Of a DNA stretch of 64,000 bases, positions 54,738 to 64,000 are shown piece after piece. The notes under the pieces were generated by a model, which was not told the origin of the DNA, searched no databases, and saw only the letters and a program-made list of their open reading frames with translations. The translations under genes and the position numbers were made by a program. The stretch comes from Comamonadaceae bacterium (GTDB lineage: Bacteria > Pseudomonadota > Gammaproteobacteria > Burkholderiales > Burkholderiaceae_C): NCBI GenBank assembly GCA_947450255.1, contig CANFVA010000001.1, positions 339-64,338 of the forward strand. Reading direction: 5' to 3'. How positions within the stretch are numbered: position 1 is the stretch's first letter; each line of letters opens with the position of its first letter.

Positions 54738-55430
54738 CTAACGCAGCCCGATGCCGACCAAAAAGGTCTCAGACGAGCGGTCTCTTGAGGCCTTAGGCTT
54801 GTAGGGCTTGACGGTGTGAAAGGCCTCTCGAAAGCGCGCCACTACCGCGTTGTAACTGCCGCCGTGGAACACTTTGGCCACCAGTGCCCCCTGCGGCTTC
54901 ATATGGTTTTGGGCGAATTCAATCGCCAGTTCCACCAGGTATTCCACGCGGGCCGCGTCGGCTGAGGAGATGCCCGACAGATTGGGCGCCATATCCGACA
55001 CCACCAGATCCGCTTGCGCCCCGTCCAGGGCCAATTCCAACTTCTGCAGTGTGTGGCCCTCGCGAAAATCGCCCTGGATAAAGGTCACTCCTTCAATCGC
55101 CTCCATCGGCAACAGGTCCAGGCTGATGATTTTTCCATCCAGCGCCCCGGCGGCCGCTCCCTGCGGAGCCAGTCGTCGCCGCAAATATTGGCTCCATGCG
55201 CCCGGCGTGCTGCCCAAGTCCACCAGTACCTGGCCGGGTTTGACCAGGCCAAAGACTTCGTCGATTTCTTTGAGTTTGTAGGCGGCGCGGGCCCGGTAGC
55301 CTTCGCGTGCGGCCAGTTTGACGTAGGGGTCGTTGATGTGTTCATGCAGCCAGGCCTTGTTGACCTTGCCGCCGCGCGCCGTTTTGGCCGGCACCGGCAC
55401 GGACTGCGAGGAGACGGACGGCTTCTTCAT
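54738..55430 (-). CDS. rlmE: 23S rRNA U2552 2'-O-methyltransferase (RlmE/FtsJ)
   Basis: [36 protein letters not shown]; start moved to ATG 55430. Confidence 0.96.
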   Translation of the reverse strand: MKKPSVSSQSVPVPAKTARGGKVNKAWLHEHINDPYVKLAAREGYRARAAYKLKEIDEVFGLVKPGQVLVDLGSTPGAWSQYLRRRLAPQGAAAGALDGKIISLDLLPMEAIEGVTFIQGDFREGHTLQKLELALDGAQADLVVSDMAPNLSGISSADAARVEYLVELAIEFAQNHMKPQGALVAKVFHGGSYNAVVARFREAFHTVKPYKPKASRDRSSETFLVGIGLR

Positions 55431-55448
55431 TGCGCCGATAATAGCCCC

Positions 55449-55928
55449 ATGCCCCTTATCCAACTTAGTCCCACAGAGCGTAAAGCGCAACGGGCCCTGG
55501 CCCACCACCTTGACCCGGTGGTCATGGTCGGCGGCGACGGCCTCACCGCCAATGTCAAAAAAGAAACCGATGCCGCGCTCAACGCGCATGGTTTGATCAA
55601 AGTACGGGTTTTTTCGGACGATCGCACAGCGCGCGAAGCCATGTTCCAGACCTTGGCTGACGAATTAAATGCCGCCCCGATTCAGCACATTGGCAAGCTG
55701 TTGGTGCTATGGCGGCCGATGCCGGAAAAGGAAAAAGCGGTCGATGAGGACCGCAAAGCGGGGCCGCGCGATTTCAAGGTCTTGAAGTACAGCAAACGCG
55801 CCGGGCAGCGCCCGGAGGTAAAAACGCTTCGCGTGCTTGGCAACCAGCGATTGACGCCCGGGGGCAACGTCAAACGGGCCAAGCCTAAACCCAAAATCAG
55901 CCTCAAAAAACGCAGCCAGGGCTCCTGA
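55449..55928 (+). CDS. yhbY: YhbY/CRM-domain RNA-binding protein with basic C-terminal extension
   Basis: [33 protein letters not shown]; divergent from rlmE. Confidence 0.93.
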   Translation: MPLIQLSPTERKAQRALAHHLDPVVMVGGDGLTANVKKETDAALNAHGLIKVRVFSDDRTAREAMFQTLADELNAAPIQHIGKLLVLWRPMPEKEKAVDEDRKAGPRDFKVLKYSKRAGQRPEVKTLRVLGNQRLTPGGNVKRAKPKPKISLKKRSQGS

Positions 55929-55985
55929 GCGTATTTTTTGGTCTGACGGGTCGCCCGACCGCTAGCGGAGGGTTATCGCCCGCCT

Positions 55986-56462
55986 TTATACGTAGCGCAC
56001 CGCCACAATTTCGTAGGCTTTTTGCCCGCCGGGCGCCATCACGATGGCGGTGTCGCCCTCTTCCTTGCCGATCAAGGCGCGGGCAATGGGCGAGCTGATA
56101 TTGACCAACCCCAGCTTCAGATCGGCCTCGTCTTCGCCCACGATTTGGTAGGTGACCCGCTCGCCCGATTCTTCCTCCTCTAAATCAACCGTCGCGCCAA
56201 ACACCACACGGCCTCCCGCGTCCAGCGCCGCCGGGTCGATGACCTGGGCCACCGATAACTTGCCTTCCACTTCCTGAATGCGCCCTTCGATAAAGCCCTG
56301 GCGGTCTTTGGCCGCATCGTATTCCGCGTTCTCACTCAAATCGCCTTGGGCGCGGGCCTCAGAAATCGCGCTGATCACCGCCGGGCGGTCCACGGTTTTG
56401 AGCCGGTGCAGCTCCGCTTTCAGGATTTCGGCGCCGCGTTTGGTAATTGGAATAGTGGCCAT
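55986..56462 (-). CDS. greA: Transcription elongation factor GreA
   Basis: EARAQGDLSENAEYDAAK, YQIVGEDEAD, ISSPIARALIGK. Confidence 0.98.
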   Translation of the reverse strand: MATIPITKRGAEILKAELHRLKTVDRPAVISAISEARAQGDLSENAEYDAAKDRQGFIEGRIQEVEGKLSVAQVIDPAALDAGGRVVFGATVDLEEEESGERVTYQIVGEDEADLKLGLVNISSPIARALIGKEEGDTAIVMAPGGQKAYEIVAVRYV

Positions 56463-56486
56463 CGGAAAACTCGCACAACGGGGTTT

Positions 56487-56555
56487 AAAAATGACGATGG
56501 ACAGCAGCACGCCTACGTGCGCTGCTGTCCATCGGGTCAAGCTGCGATTATGCCA
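56487..56555 (-). terminator. greA promoter overlapping the carB stop, followed by a terminator hairpin in the greA leader
   Basis: Minus strand TGGCATAAT (56555-56547), then GATGGACAGCAGC-GCACGTAGGCGT-GCTGCTGTCCATC, then GTCATTTTT. Confidence 0.75.
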
Positions 56556-59500
56556 AGAGTTGCGCGTGCATCTCCTGGACGGAAATCACCCCCAACTGAT
56601 CGAGGTAGCGCATGCCCTCCACCGCCGCTTCGGCTGCGGCGATGGTGGTGAAGGTGGTGACCCGCCCTAGCAAAGCGGAGGTGCGGATGTAGCGCGAATC
56701 GGCAATCGCATTGCGCCGCTCCTCCACGGAGTTGATGACCAGCGCCACTTCTTCGTTTTTGATCATGTCCACGATATTGGGGCGGCCCTCGGCCACTTTA
56801 TTGACGGCGCGGCATTGCAGCCCTGCCGCTTTGATCGCCGCTGCCGTACCTTTGGTCGCTAGCAGCTCAAAGCCCATCGCCGCCAGACTGCGCGCCACCT
56901 CGATGGCCCGCGGCTTGTCGCTTTGCTTGATAGAAATAAAGGCCCGTCCGCTGCGCGGCAGGCGCGTTCCCGCGCCCAACTGCGACTTCACAAAAGCCTC
57001 GCCAAAGGTCTTGCCCACGCCCATCACCTCGCCGGTGGACTTCATCTCCGGGCCCAAAATCGTGTCTACGCCGGGAAACTTGACGAAGGGGAATACCGCC
57101 TCTTTCACGCTGAAATACGGTGGCGAGACTTCTTGGTTCATGCCTTGCGACGCCAAACTCTGCCCTACCATGCAGCGCGCAGCCACTTTAGCCAGTTGAA
57201 TGCCGGTGGCCTTGCTCACGAAAGGCACGGTGCGCGAAGCCCGTGGGTTGACTTCCAAAACATAAATCAAATCCTTGCCGTCGACGGACTGAATGGCAAA
57301 CTGAACATTCATCAGCCCAACCACGTTCAGCGCTGCCGCCATGGCCACCGTTTGGCGTTTGATCTCAGTCACGGTGGCGGCGCTCAAGCTATAGGGTGGC
57401 AAAGAACAGGCTGAGTCGCCGCTGTGGACGCCGGCTTGCTCGATATGCTCCATCACACCGCCGATCAAGGTCGCGCCGCTGGCGTCGCGGATGCAATCGA
57501 CGTCGCACTCAATCGCGTCATTCAAAAAACGATCCAGCAGTACGGGCGAATCGTGGCTGACCTTGACGGCCTCGCGCATGTAGCGCTCCAGGTCGCGCTG
57601 CTCATGGACGATTTCCATGGCGCGCCCACCCAGAACATAGCTGGGCCGTACCACCAGCGGGTAGCCTAGCGCCGCGGCTTTTTCCAGCGCCTCGGGCTCG
57701 GTGCGCGCGGTGGCATTGGGCGGCTGGCGCAGGTCTAGCGCGTGCAACAACTTTTGAAATCGCTCGCGGTCCTCGGCGGCGTCGATCATGTCCGGGCTGG
57801 TGCCGATAATCGGCACGCCATGGGCTTCCAGGCCGAGCGCCAACTTCAGTGGCGTCTGCCCGCCGTACTGCACGATCACGCCCAGTGGCTTTTCCTTGTC
57901 TACGATTTCCAGCACGTCTTCCAAAGTCAGCGGCTCAAAGTACAGGCGGTCGCTGGTGTCGTAGTCGGTGGAGACTGTCTCGGGGTTGCAGTTGACCATG
58001 ATGGTTTCGTAACCATCCTCGCGCATGGCCAACGCCGCGTGCACGCAGCAATAATCAAACTCAATGCCCTGCCCGATGCGGTTGGGGCCACCTCCCAGCA
58101 CCATGATTTTTTTGCGGTTTGTCGGCTGCGATTCACACTCGGCGCCCTGCGCTTCGTAGGTGGAATACATATAGGCCGTATTGGTGCTGAACTCGGCTGC
58201 ACAGGTATCTACGCGCTTGTAGACGGGGCGCACGTCTAGCGCGACGCGGCGCTCGCGCACTGCCTTATCGCTGGTGCGCAGTTGGCGCGCCAGGCGCCGA
58301 TCAGAAAAACCTTTTTGCTTGAGCGCGCGCAAAGTCGGCGCATCCAGGCTGTCCAGCACCGAACCCTGGGCCGGTTGGGGCAGGCGCTCAAGTTCCAATT
58401 CAATTTGTACGATTTGCTCGATTTGGACCAAAAACCAGCGGTCAATGCGCGTCAGCGCAAACACTTCTTCGACCGTCATACCCTGGGCGAATGCGTCACC
58501 CACATACCAAATGCGCTCGGGGCCGGGAGCGCCCAATTCACGCTCCAGCACCTCGCGATCCTGGGTTTTTTCATTCATACCATCGACGCCCACTTCCAAG
58601 CCGCGCAAGGCTTTTTGAAAGGACTCCTGAAAAGTGCGGCCCATGGCCATCACCTCGCCTACCGATTTCATCTGCGTCGTGAGGCGGCTGTCTGCAGTGG
58701 GAAACTTCTCAAATGCAAAACGCGGAATCTTGGTCACCACGTAGTCAATGCTGGGTTCAAAACTGGCCGGCGTGGCGCCGCCGGTAATGTCGTTGCGCAA
58801 TTCGTCCAGCGTGTAGCCCACCGCCAATTTGGCGGCCACTTTGGCAATCGGAAAACCCGTGGCTTTGGAGGCCAGCGCCGACGAGCGCGACACGCGCGGA
58901 TTCATCTCGATCACGACCATGCGGCCATCGTCCGGATTGATGGCGAACTGCACATTGGAGCCACCGGTATCGACACCGATTTCGCGCAAGACCGCCAGGC
59001 TCGCGTTACGCAGGATCTGGTACTCCTTGTCGCTCAGGGTCTGCGCCGGCGCCACGGTAATCGAGTCCCCGGTATGCACGCCCATGGGATCCAGGTTTTC
59101 AATCGAGCAGACGATGATGCAGTTGTCCGCCTTATCGCGCACCACTTCCATTTCATACTCTTTCCAACCGAGCAAAGACTCTTCGATCAGCAACTCATTG
59201 GTCGGCGAGGCTTCCAGGCCGCGCTTGCAAATCGTCTCAAACTCTTCGGCGTTGTAGGCGATCCCTCCGCCAGTGCCGCCCAGCGTGAAGCTGGGGCGGA
59301 TCACCGTCGGGAAGCCTACGGTTTTTTGCACCGTCCAGGCCTCTTCCATGCTGTGCGCGATGCCCGAGCGCGCCGAGCCCAGACCGATTTTGGTCATCGC
59401 GTCTTTGAATTTAAGCCGGTCTTCGGCCTTGTCAATCGCCTCGGGCGTGGCGCCAATCAATTCGACCGCATATTTCTCTAAGACACCCTGGCGCCACAAA

Positions 59501-59802
59501 TCCAAAGCGCAATTGAGCGCGGTTTGTCCACCCATGGTCGGCAAGATCGCATCCGGGCGCTCTTTGGCAATTATTTTTTCCACCGTTTCCCAGGTGATGG
59601 GCTCGATATACGTGACATCAGCCGTATCCGGATCGGTCATGATGGTGGCCGGATTGCTATTGATCAGGATGACTTTGTAGCCCTCCTCGCGCAAAGCCTT
59701 GCAAGCCTGTACGCCGGAGTAATCAAACTCGCAGGCTTGGCCGATGATGATGGGGCCCGCTCCAATAATCAGGATACTTTTTATGTCACTACGTTTTGGC
59801 AT
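56548..59802 (-). CDS. carB: Carbamoyl-phosphate synthase large subunit
   Basis: [30 protein letters not shown], duplicated ATP-grasp domains, C-terminal MGS domain. Confidence 0.99.
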   Translation of the reverse strand: MPKRSDIKSILIIGAGPIIIGQACEFDYSGVQACKALREEGYKVILINSNPATIMTDPDTADVTYIEPITWETVEKIIAKERPDAILPTMGGQTALNCALDLWRQGVLEKYAVELIGATPEAIDKAEDRLKFKDAMTKIGLGSARSGIAHSMEEAWTVQKTVGFPTVIRPSFTLGGTGGGIAYNAEEFETICKRGLEASPTNELLIEESLLGWKEYEMEVVRDKADNCIIVCSIENLDPMGVHTGDSITVAPAQTLSDKEYQILRNASLAVLREIGVDTGGSNVQFAINPDDGRMVVIEMNPRVSRSSALASKATGFPIAKVAAKLAVGYTLDELRNDITGGATPASFEPSIDYVVTKIPRFAFEKFPTADSRLTTQMKSVGEVMAMGRTFQESFQKALRGLEVGVDGMNEKTQDREVLERELGAPGPERIWYVGDAFAQGMTVEEVFALTRIDRWFLVQIEQIVQIELELERLPQPAQGSVLDSLDAPTLRALKQKGFSDRRLARQLRTSDKAVRERRVALDVRPVYKRVDTCAAEFSTNTAYMYSTYEAQGAECESQPTNRKKIMVLGGGPNRIGQGIEFDYCCVHAALAMREDGYETIMVNCNPETVSTDYDTSDRLYFEPLTLEDVLEIVDKEKPLGVIVQYGGQTPLKLALGLEAHGVPIIGTSPDMIDAAEDRERFQKLLHALDLRQPPNATARTEPEALEKAAALGYPLVVRPSYVLGGRAMEIVHEQRDLERYMREAVKVSHDSPVLLDRFLNDAIECDVDCIRDASGATLIGGVMEHIEQAGVHSGDSACSLPPYSLSAATVTEIKRQTVAMAAALNVVGLMNVQFAIQSVDGKDLIYVLEVNPRASRTVPFVSKATGIQLAKVAARCMVGQSLASQGMNQEVSPPYFSVKEAVFPFVKFPGVDTILGPEMKSTGEVMGVGKTFGEAFVKSQLGAGTRLPRSGRAFISIKQSDKPRAIEVARSLAAMGFELLATKGTAAAIKAAGLQCRAVNKVAEGRPNIVDMIKNEEVALVINSVEERRNAIADSRYIRTSALLGRVTTFTTIAAAEAAVEGMRYLDQLGVISVQEMHAQLLA

Positions 59803-59874
59803 GTTGTTTTAACTCTCTCAAATTCTTCTTCAATGCGATGGCGTCAAACCGTGCCCGCAATTACGTATTCGTTG

Positions 59875-60531
59875 TCAGGCGAAACTGGCCCCGGCCAGCT
59901 TCACGCCAAACCAGACGAACACAGCGCCCACGACGCTGGACAAACCGGCAGAAAGACCTTGGCGCCGGCGAAACACTGCGGCCAAGCGTGCACCCGCAAA
60001 GATCAAACAACTCAGGTACACCGCGCTGCAAGTCATGACGATGGCGCTCAAAATCAAAAACGGCACCCAGGGCTCGGGATAGCTCGGGTCGATGAACTGC
60101 ACAAAAAAAGACAGCAAAAACAATATCGCCTTGGGGTTGAGCACGCTGATGAGCAAGGCCCGACGAAAGGGGCTGGCCAGGTGCGCTGGGATTTCGGGCT
60201 CGCCCACAGGCGCTTCTGCTCGGACCCGCATCGACGCCAGCGCGCTACGCACCAATTGCAACCCAACCCAAGCCAAATAAGCGGCACCTGCGTATTTCAC
60301 GACCATAAAAAGTTCCGGGTAGCTACGCATCAAGCCCGCCGCGCCCAAACCCACCAGCGCCAGCAAAACGATATCCCCCAGAAACACGCCAAACGCGCCC
60401 CGGTAAGCGGGCCGCACCCCACGGCTTGTAGCCACCGACAAAATAAAAAGCGAATTCGGACCCGGCAACAAAATAATGCCGATCGCGCCAATTACATACG
60501 TCCACACATCGGTGACACCGTAAAAGCTCAC
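59875..60531 (-). CDS. leuE: LysE/RhtB-family amino acid exporter (LeuE-like)
   Basis: [37 protein letters not shown]; GTGA overlap with the carA stop. Confidence 0.85.
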   Translation of the reverse strand: MSFYGVTDVWTYVIGAIGIILLPGPNSLFILSVATSRGVRPAYRGAFGVFLGDIVLLALVGLGAAGLMRSYPELFMVVKYAGAAYLAWVGLQLVRSALASMRVRAEAPVGEPEIPAHLASPFRRALLISVLNPKAILFLLSFFVQFIDPSYPEPWVPFLILSAIVMTCSAVYLSCLIFAGARLAAVFRRRQGLSAGLSSVVGAVFVWFGVKLAGASFA

Positions 60532-61694
60532 GCGCGCGCCTCCATCTCCCGGATGAAACGGTCAAACAAATAGCCGATGTCATGCGGGCCGGGCGAAGCC
60601 TCAGGGTGGCCCTGAAAACAAAAAGCGGGCTTATCAGTGCGCTCCAGGCCCTGAATGGTGTTGTCAAACAGGCTGATGTGGGTAGCGCGTAAATTCGCGG
60701 GCAAGGAATCCGGGTCTACAGCAAAGCCATGGTTTTGGCTGGTGATGCTGACGCGGCCAGTAGACAATTCTTTGACCGGGTGGTTGGCGCCGTGGTGGCC
60801 GAATTTCATCTTGAAGGTCTTGGCGCCTGAGGCCAAGGCCATGATCTGGTGACCCAGGCAAATGCCAAAGACAGGCACGCCCGATTCGATCAGGGTAGCG
60901 GCGGCGGTTATCGCGTAATCACAGGGCTGGGGGTCGCCGGGGCCATTACTTAAAAACACGCCGTCCGGCTGCAAGGCCTGCACCGCTTGGGCCGAGGTTT
61001 GTGCCGGTACGACCGTCAATTGGCAACTGCGCGCTGCCAACATGCGCAAGATATTGCTCTTGACACCAAAATCATAAGCAACCACATGGAATCGTGCCTC
61101 TGGCGATTGCGCGTAGCCCGTGCCCAAAGCCCATTCGCCCTCCGACCAGGTATGGGACTGCTTGACGCTGACCACTTTGGCCAAATCCAAACCGGACATG
61201 GAGGGCGCGTCGCGGGCCGATTCGATCGCTTGCGCGATCAGGCGCTCGTCCGGTTCCTGAGCAGCGCCTAAGGTAAGAATGCAGCCGTTTTGCGCACCAT
61301 GCTCGCGCAAATGGCGTGTCAGTGCGCGCGTATCGATATGAGCGATGGCCACCGTGCCGTGGTCGCGCAAATAGGTGCGCAGGTCGCGGGTGCTGCGAAA
61401 GTTGGAAGCGACTAGCGGCAAGTCTTTGATTACCAAACCGGCGGCATGCACGCGACTGGATTCGACATCTTGCCCATTCGTACCGTAATTGCCGATATGC
61501 GGGTAAGTCAAGGTGACGATTTGCTGGCAGTAGCTGGGATCGGTCAGGATTTCCTGGTAACCGGTCATAGAGGTGTTGAACACCACCTCACCCACGGCAG
61601 AACCGGCTGCGCCAATCGATTGGCCGGTAAAAACAGTGCCGTCAGCGAGCGCCAAAATGGCAGGCGGGGCATTTCCCTTGAGAGACAAAAGCAC
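60528..61694 (-). CDS. carA: Carbamoyl-phosphate synthase small subunit
   Basis: [41 protein letters not shown]; GTG start at 61694 with GGAG RBS. Confidence 0.98.
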   Translation of the reverse strand: MLLSLKGNAPPAILALADGTVFTGQSIGAAGSAVGEVVFNTSMTGYQEILTDPSYCQQIVTLTYPHIGNYGTNGQDVESSRVHAAGLVIKDLPLVASNFRSTRDLRTYLRDHGTVAIAHIDTRALTRHLREHGAQNGCILTLGAAQEPDERLIAQAIESARDAPSMSGLDLAKVVSVKQSHTWSEGEWALGTGYAQSPEARFHVVAYDFGVKSNILRMLAARSCQLTVVPAQTSAQAVQALQPDGVFLSNGPGDPQPCDYAITAAATLIESGVPVFGICLGHQIMALASGAKTFKMKFGHHGANHPVKELSTGRVSITSQNHGFAVDPDSLPANLRATHISLFDNTIQGLERTDKPAFCFQGHPEASPGPHDIGYLFDRFIREMEARA

Positions 61695-61821
61695 AGGCTT
61701 CTCCGAGTGTTTACGGGTGCGCCCAAGCGCCCAGAAGAACCTTCTGGCGGCTGTTATTCGTAGGGGATGGTGCTTTGGAAGCGCTTGGGAGACGCCGTGT
61801 TCCGGAAAGCCCCGCATTCTA
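61695..61821 (-). promoter_or_regulatory. carA promoter (-10 TAGAAT) and structured leader of about 115 nt
   Basis: TAGAAT at 61821-61816; 9-bp stem CCCAAGCGC/GCGCTTGGG (61781-61789 with 61722-61730) enclosing a 7-bp hairpin (61731-61747). Confidence 0.6.
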
Positions 61822-61862
61822 ACCGAGGGCTTTTGAAACCCCGTTGCTGTGTAATCACGCAC

Positions 61863-62639
61863 TCAGCCAGCGCGCAAGGCCACCGCACTTGCATGCAGGC
61901 AAATCGCCGCAGCGGCTGCCACATTGAGCGACTCCTCACCGCCAGGCTGCCCGATTCGCACCTGCAGGGCCGCGCGTGCCTCCAAGGCGGCCGACACACC
62001 CTGTCCCTCGTGGCCGAGCACCCAGGCGCAGGGAAATGGCAGGCGCGCGTCCTGCAGCAGCTTGCCTGCATGGGAGCTGGTCACCAGCAAAGGAACCTCC
62101 AAACCATGCAGCGCGTCCATCTCCAACGCCTCAAACAGGCGCAGGCCAAAATGTGCGCCCATGCCGGCCCGCAGGACTTTGGGCGACCAAAGCGCCGCCG
62201 TCTCCCGCAGGGCTATCACCTGCGTAAAACCAAAGGCGGCTGCGCTGCGCAAAATAGAGCCGACATTGCCGCTGTCCTGCACCCGGTCCAACACGACGCT
62301 TGGCGCTGCCGGGTCCAGCACCCCCTGGGCAGGCAAGTCCACCACAAAACCCAGCAAAGACGGAGATTCGAGCGCGCTGATATTTTTAAACAAGGCATCT
62401 GGCACCACGAGCGTATTTGCCGCCTTCCCCGCCCAAAACGACTGGCCATCGGCCCACAGGCTTTGTGCCACGACGGCCACCGCCGGTTGCACCCCACGCA
62501 GCAACGCGGCACTGCACAAATGCTCGCCCTCCACCCACACCTGCCCCGATTTGCGGTAGCCGGTGTTTTCGCCCGCGAGTTTGCGCAAGGCGCGCAGCTG
62601 CGGGTTATCGCGCGAGCTGATCAGTTGCACTTGCGTCAT
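61863..62639 (-). CDS. TrmH/SpoU-family RNA methyltransferase
   Basis: [48 protein letters not shown] motifs. Confidence 0.93.
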   Translation of the reverse strand: MTQVQLISSRDNPQLRALRKLAGENTGYRKSGQVWVEGEHLCSAALLRGVQPAVAVVAQSLWADGQSFWAGKAANTLVVPDALFKNISALESPSLLGFVVDLPAQGVLDPAAPSVVLDRVQDSGNVGSILRSAAAFGFTQVIALRETAALWSPKVLRAGMGAHFGLRLFEALEMDALHGLEVPLLVTSSHAGKLLQDARLPFPCAWVLGHEGQGVSAALEARAALQVRIGQPGGEESLNVAAAAAICLHASAVALRAG

Positions 62640-63247
62640 GGCAGCAAAGCGGCCACTGGGCCGAATGACTTACGGTGCTCCGGGCACGGCCCGTGGGCTC
62701 GCAGCGCAGCAAGATGCGCCGCCGTCGGATAGCCTTTATGGCCGTCAAAACCGTACTGCGGAAATTGCTGGTGGTACTGGGCACACCAACGGTCGCGGCT
62801 GACTTTGGCCAAAATCGATGCGGCAGATATCGCCGCCACTTTGCTATCGCCTTTCACAATCGCTTCGGCGCGAATATCGAGCACCGGCAAACGATTACCG
62901 TCCACCAGCACCAGCTTGGGCGGCAAGCGCAAACCCTGCACCGCGCGGCGCATAGCAAGCAGGGTGGCTTGCAGGATATTGAGTTCGTCTATTTCTTCCA
63001 CCGACGCTTGGGCTACCGAAAAACACAAAGCTTTAGCGCGGATTTCGTCGAACAAAAAATCGCGCCGCTTAGCTGTCAGCACCTTGGAATCGGCCAAGTA
63101 CCGGATGGGTTGTTTGTCATCGAGTATGACCGCCGCAGCCATCACGGGCCCCGCCAAGGGGCCCCGGCCCGCCTCGTCCACGCCTGCGACCAAGCCGCCA
63201 GCCTCCCATTGAAGCGCAGTTTGAACAGGGCCAGTCAGCTTAGGCAT
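62636..63247 (-). CDS. rnhB: Ribonuclease HII
   Basis: [44 protein letters not shown]. Confidence 0.97.
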   Translation of the reverse strand: MPKLTGPVQTALQWEAGGLVAGVDEAGRGPLAGPVMAAAVILDDKQPIRYLADSKVLTAKRRDFLFDEIRAKALCFSVAQASVEEIDELNILQATLLAMRRAVQGLRLPPKLVLVDGNRLPVLDIRAEAIVKGDSKVAAISAASILAKVSRDRWCAQYHQQFPQYGFDGHKGYPTAAHLAALRAHGPCPEHRKSFGPVAALLP

Positions 63248-64000
63248 GGAGCATATGGTCAATGGCCTGGGCCGCCAGCATGCCAGTGTCACGGCGCAGG
63301 CGCTCGTGCAAAGTACCAAAGCGGGCTTCCAGTTCGCGCAATGGGGCAGGCGCTGAGGTTTTACAATCGAGCCAATGCAAACAAGCTTGGGCCAAGGCCT
63401 CGGGCGTGGCGCGGTCTTGCAAGAACTCAGGGACCACAAACTCCTCGCTCAAGATATTGGGCAAACCCACCCAGGGTTGCAGGCGCTTACGCCGCATCCA
63501 ATGCCAACTTAAGGCGCCCATGCGGTAAGCGATCACCATGGGACGCTTGAACAAGGCCGCCTCCAAGGTGGCCGTGCCGCTGGCGATCAGCGTGGCGTCG
63601 CAGGCCGCTAGCACCGTGTGCGATTGACCGATAACCATCTGCACTCGCTCCGCCATTCCATGTGCATGGGCCAGGCGGCCGATGAGGAACTCCAAACCAG
63701 GCACTGCAGGCAGTAAAAATTTGACCTTTGGTTTGCTCCGGGCCATGCGTGCTGCGGCCTGGAAAAATACCGGCGCCAAATGCAAAATTTCAGAGCGTCG
63801 GCTACCCGGCAACAAGGCCAGCACATCGTCCTCTGCTTGTAATCCTAGTTGCTGACGCGCCGCCCCCCGATCCACCTGCATGGGAATCACTTGCGCCAAC
63901 GGGTGCCCGACGTAGGTAGCGGCAATGCCATGCTGCGCAAGCAAAGCCGGTTCAAAGGGAAACAAGCACAGCACATGGTCTACGCTACGGCGCATCGTAA
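63240..64000 (-). CDS. lpxB: Lipid-A-disaccharide synthase, C-terminal part (5' end outside window)
   Basis: [41 protein letters not shown]. Confidence 0.96.
   Translation of the reverse strand, partial: TMRRSVDHVLCLFPFEPALLAQHGIAATYVGHPLAQVIPMQVDRGAARQQLGLQAEDDVLALLPGSRRSEILHLAPVFFQAAARMARSKPKVKFLLPAVPGLEFLIGRLAHAHGMAERVQMVIGQSHTVLAACDATLIASGTATLEAALFKRPMVIAYRMGALSWHWMRRKRLQPWVGLPNILSEEFVVPEFLQDRATPEALAQACLHWLDCKTSAPAPLRELEARFGTLHERLRRDTGMLAAQAIDHMLHA

Noticed and set aside
55014-55589. Apparent large overlap of the rlmE (283 aa) and yhbY (304 aa) ORFs in the track
   Set aside because: Artefact of taking the most upstream start codons; the recognisable proteins start at 55430 and 55449 and do not overlap.
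59875-60531. LeuE-like exporter inserted between carA and carB
   Set aside because: The carA-orf-carB-greA arrangement is already known in Pseudomonas and Burkholderiales; not novel.

Overview
A gene-dense stretch of core chromosome from a GC-rich betaproteobacterium. Protein sequences and gene order suggest Burkholderiales, probably Comamonadaceae; this is an inference, not a database result. Gene order: asd(3' end)-fimV-truA-trpF-trpB-trpA-accD; yggT; lysS-ygjP; a long minus-strand run rluD-scpB-rluB-ndk-rlmN-pilW-rodZ-ispG-hisS-yfgM-bamB-der-hfq-hflXKC-hisZ-purA-PRTase-metC; bamD; a DinG/YoaA helicase; zapE; a 14.5 kb phosphate cluster (pstSCAB-phoU-phoB-phoR, fasciclin lipoprotein, ppx, ppk1-sixA, secreted metallophosphoesterase, porin); rlmE-ftsH-folP-glmM-GNAT; yhbY; and lpxB(partial)-rnhB-trmH-like-carA-leuE-carB-greA. 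I saw no rRNA, tRNA, CRISPR array, transposase or phage gene. The most unusual signal is hidden inside trpF: a -10 box, a Shine-Dalgarno sequence and an out-of-frame 34-codon ORF with tandem Trp codons, produced by atypical synonymous codons just upstream of trpBA. This is a candidate nested Trp-sensing leader peptide. The phosphate cluster has four Pho boxes, each exactly 10 nt from a -10 hexamer, which would put the fasciclin lipoprotein and the uncharacterised phosphoesterase under PhoB control. There are also structured leaders before carA and greA and a Fur-box-like AT-rich region before fimV. Coordinates were counted by hand, and several start codons were moved from the ORF track to more plausible ones.
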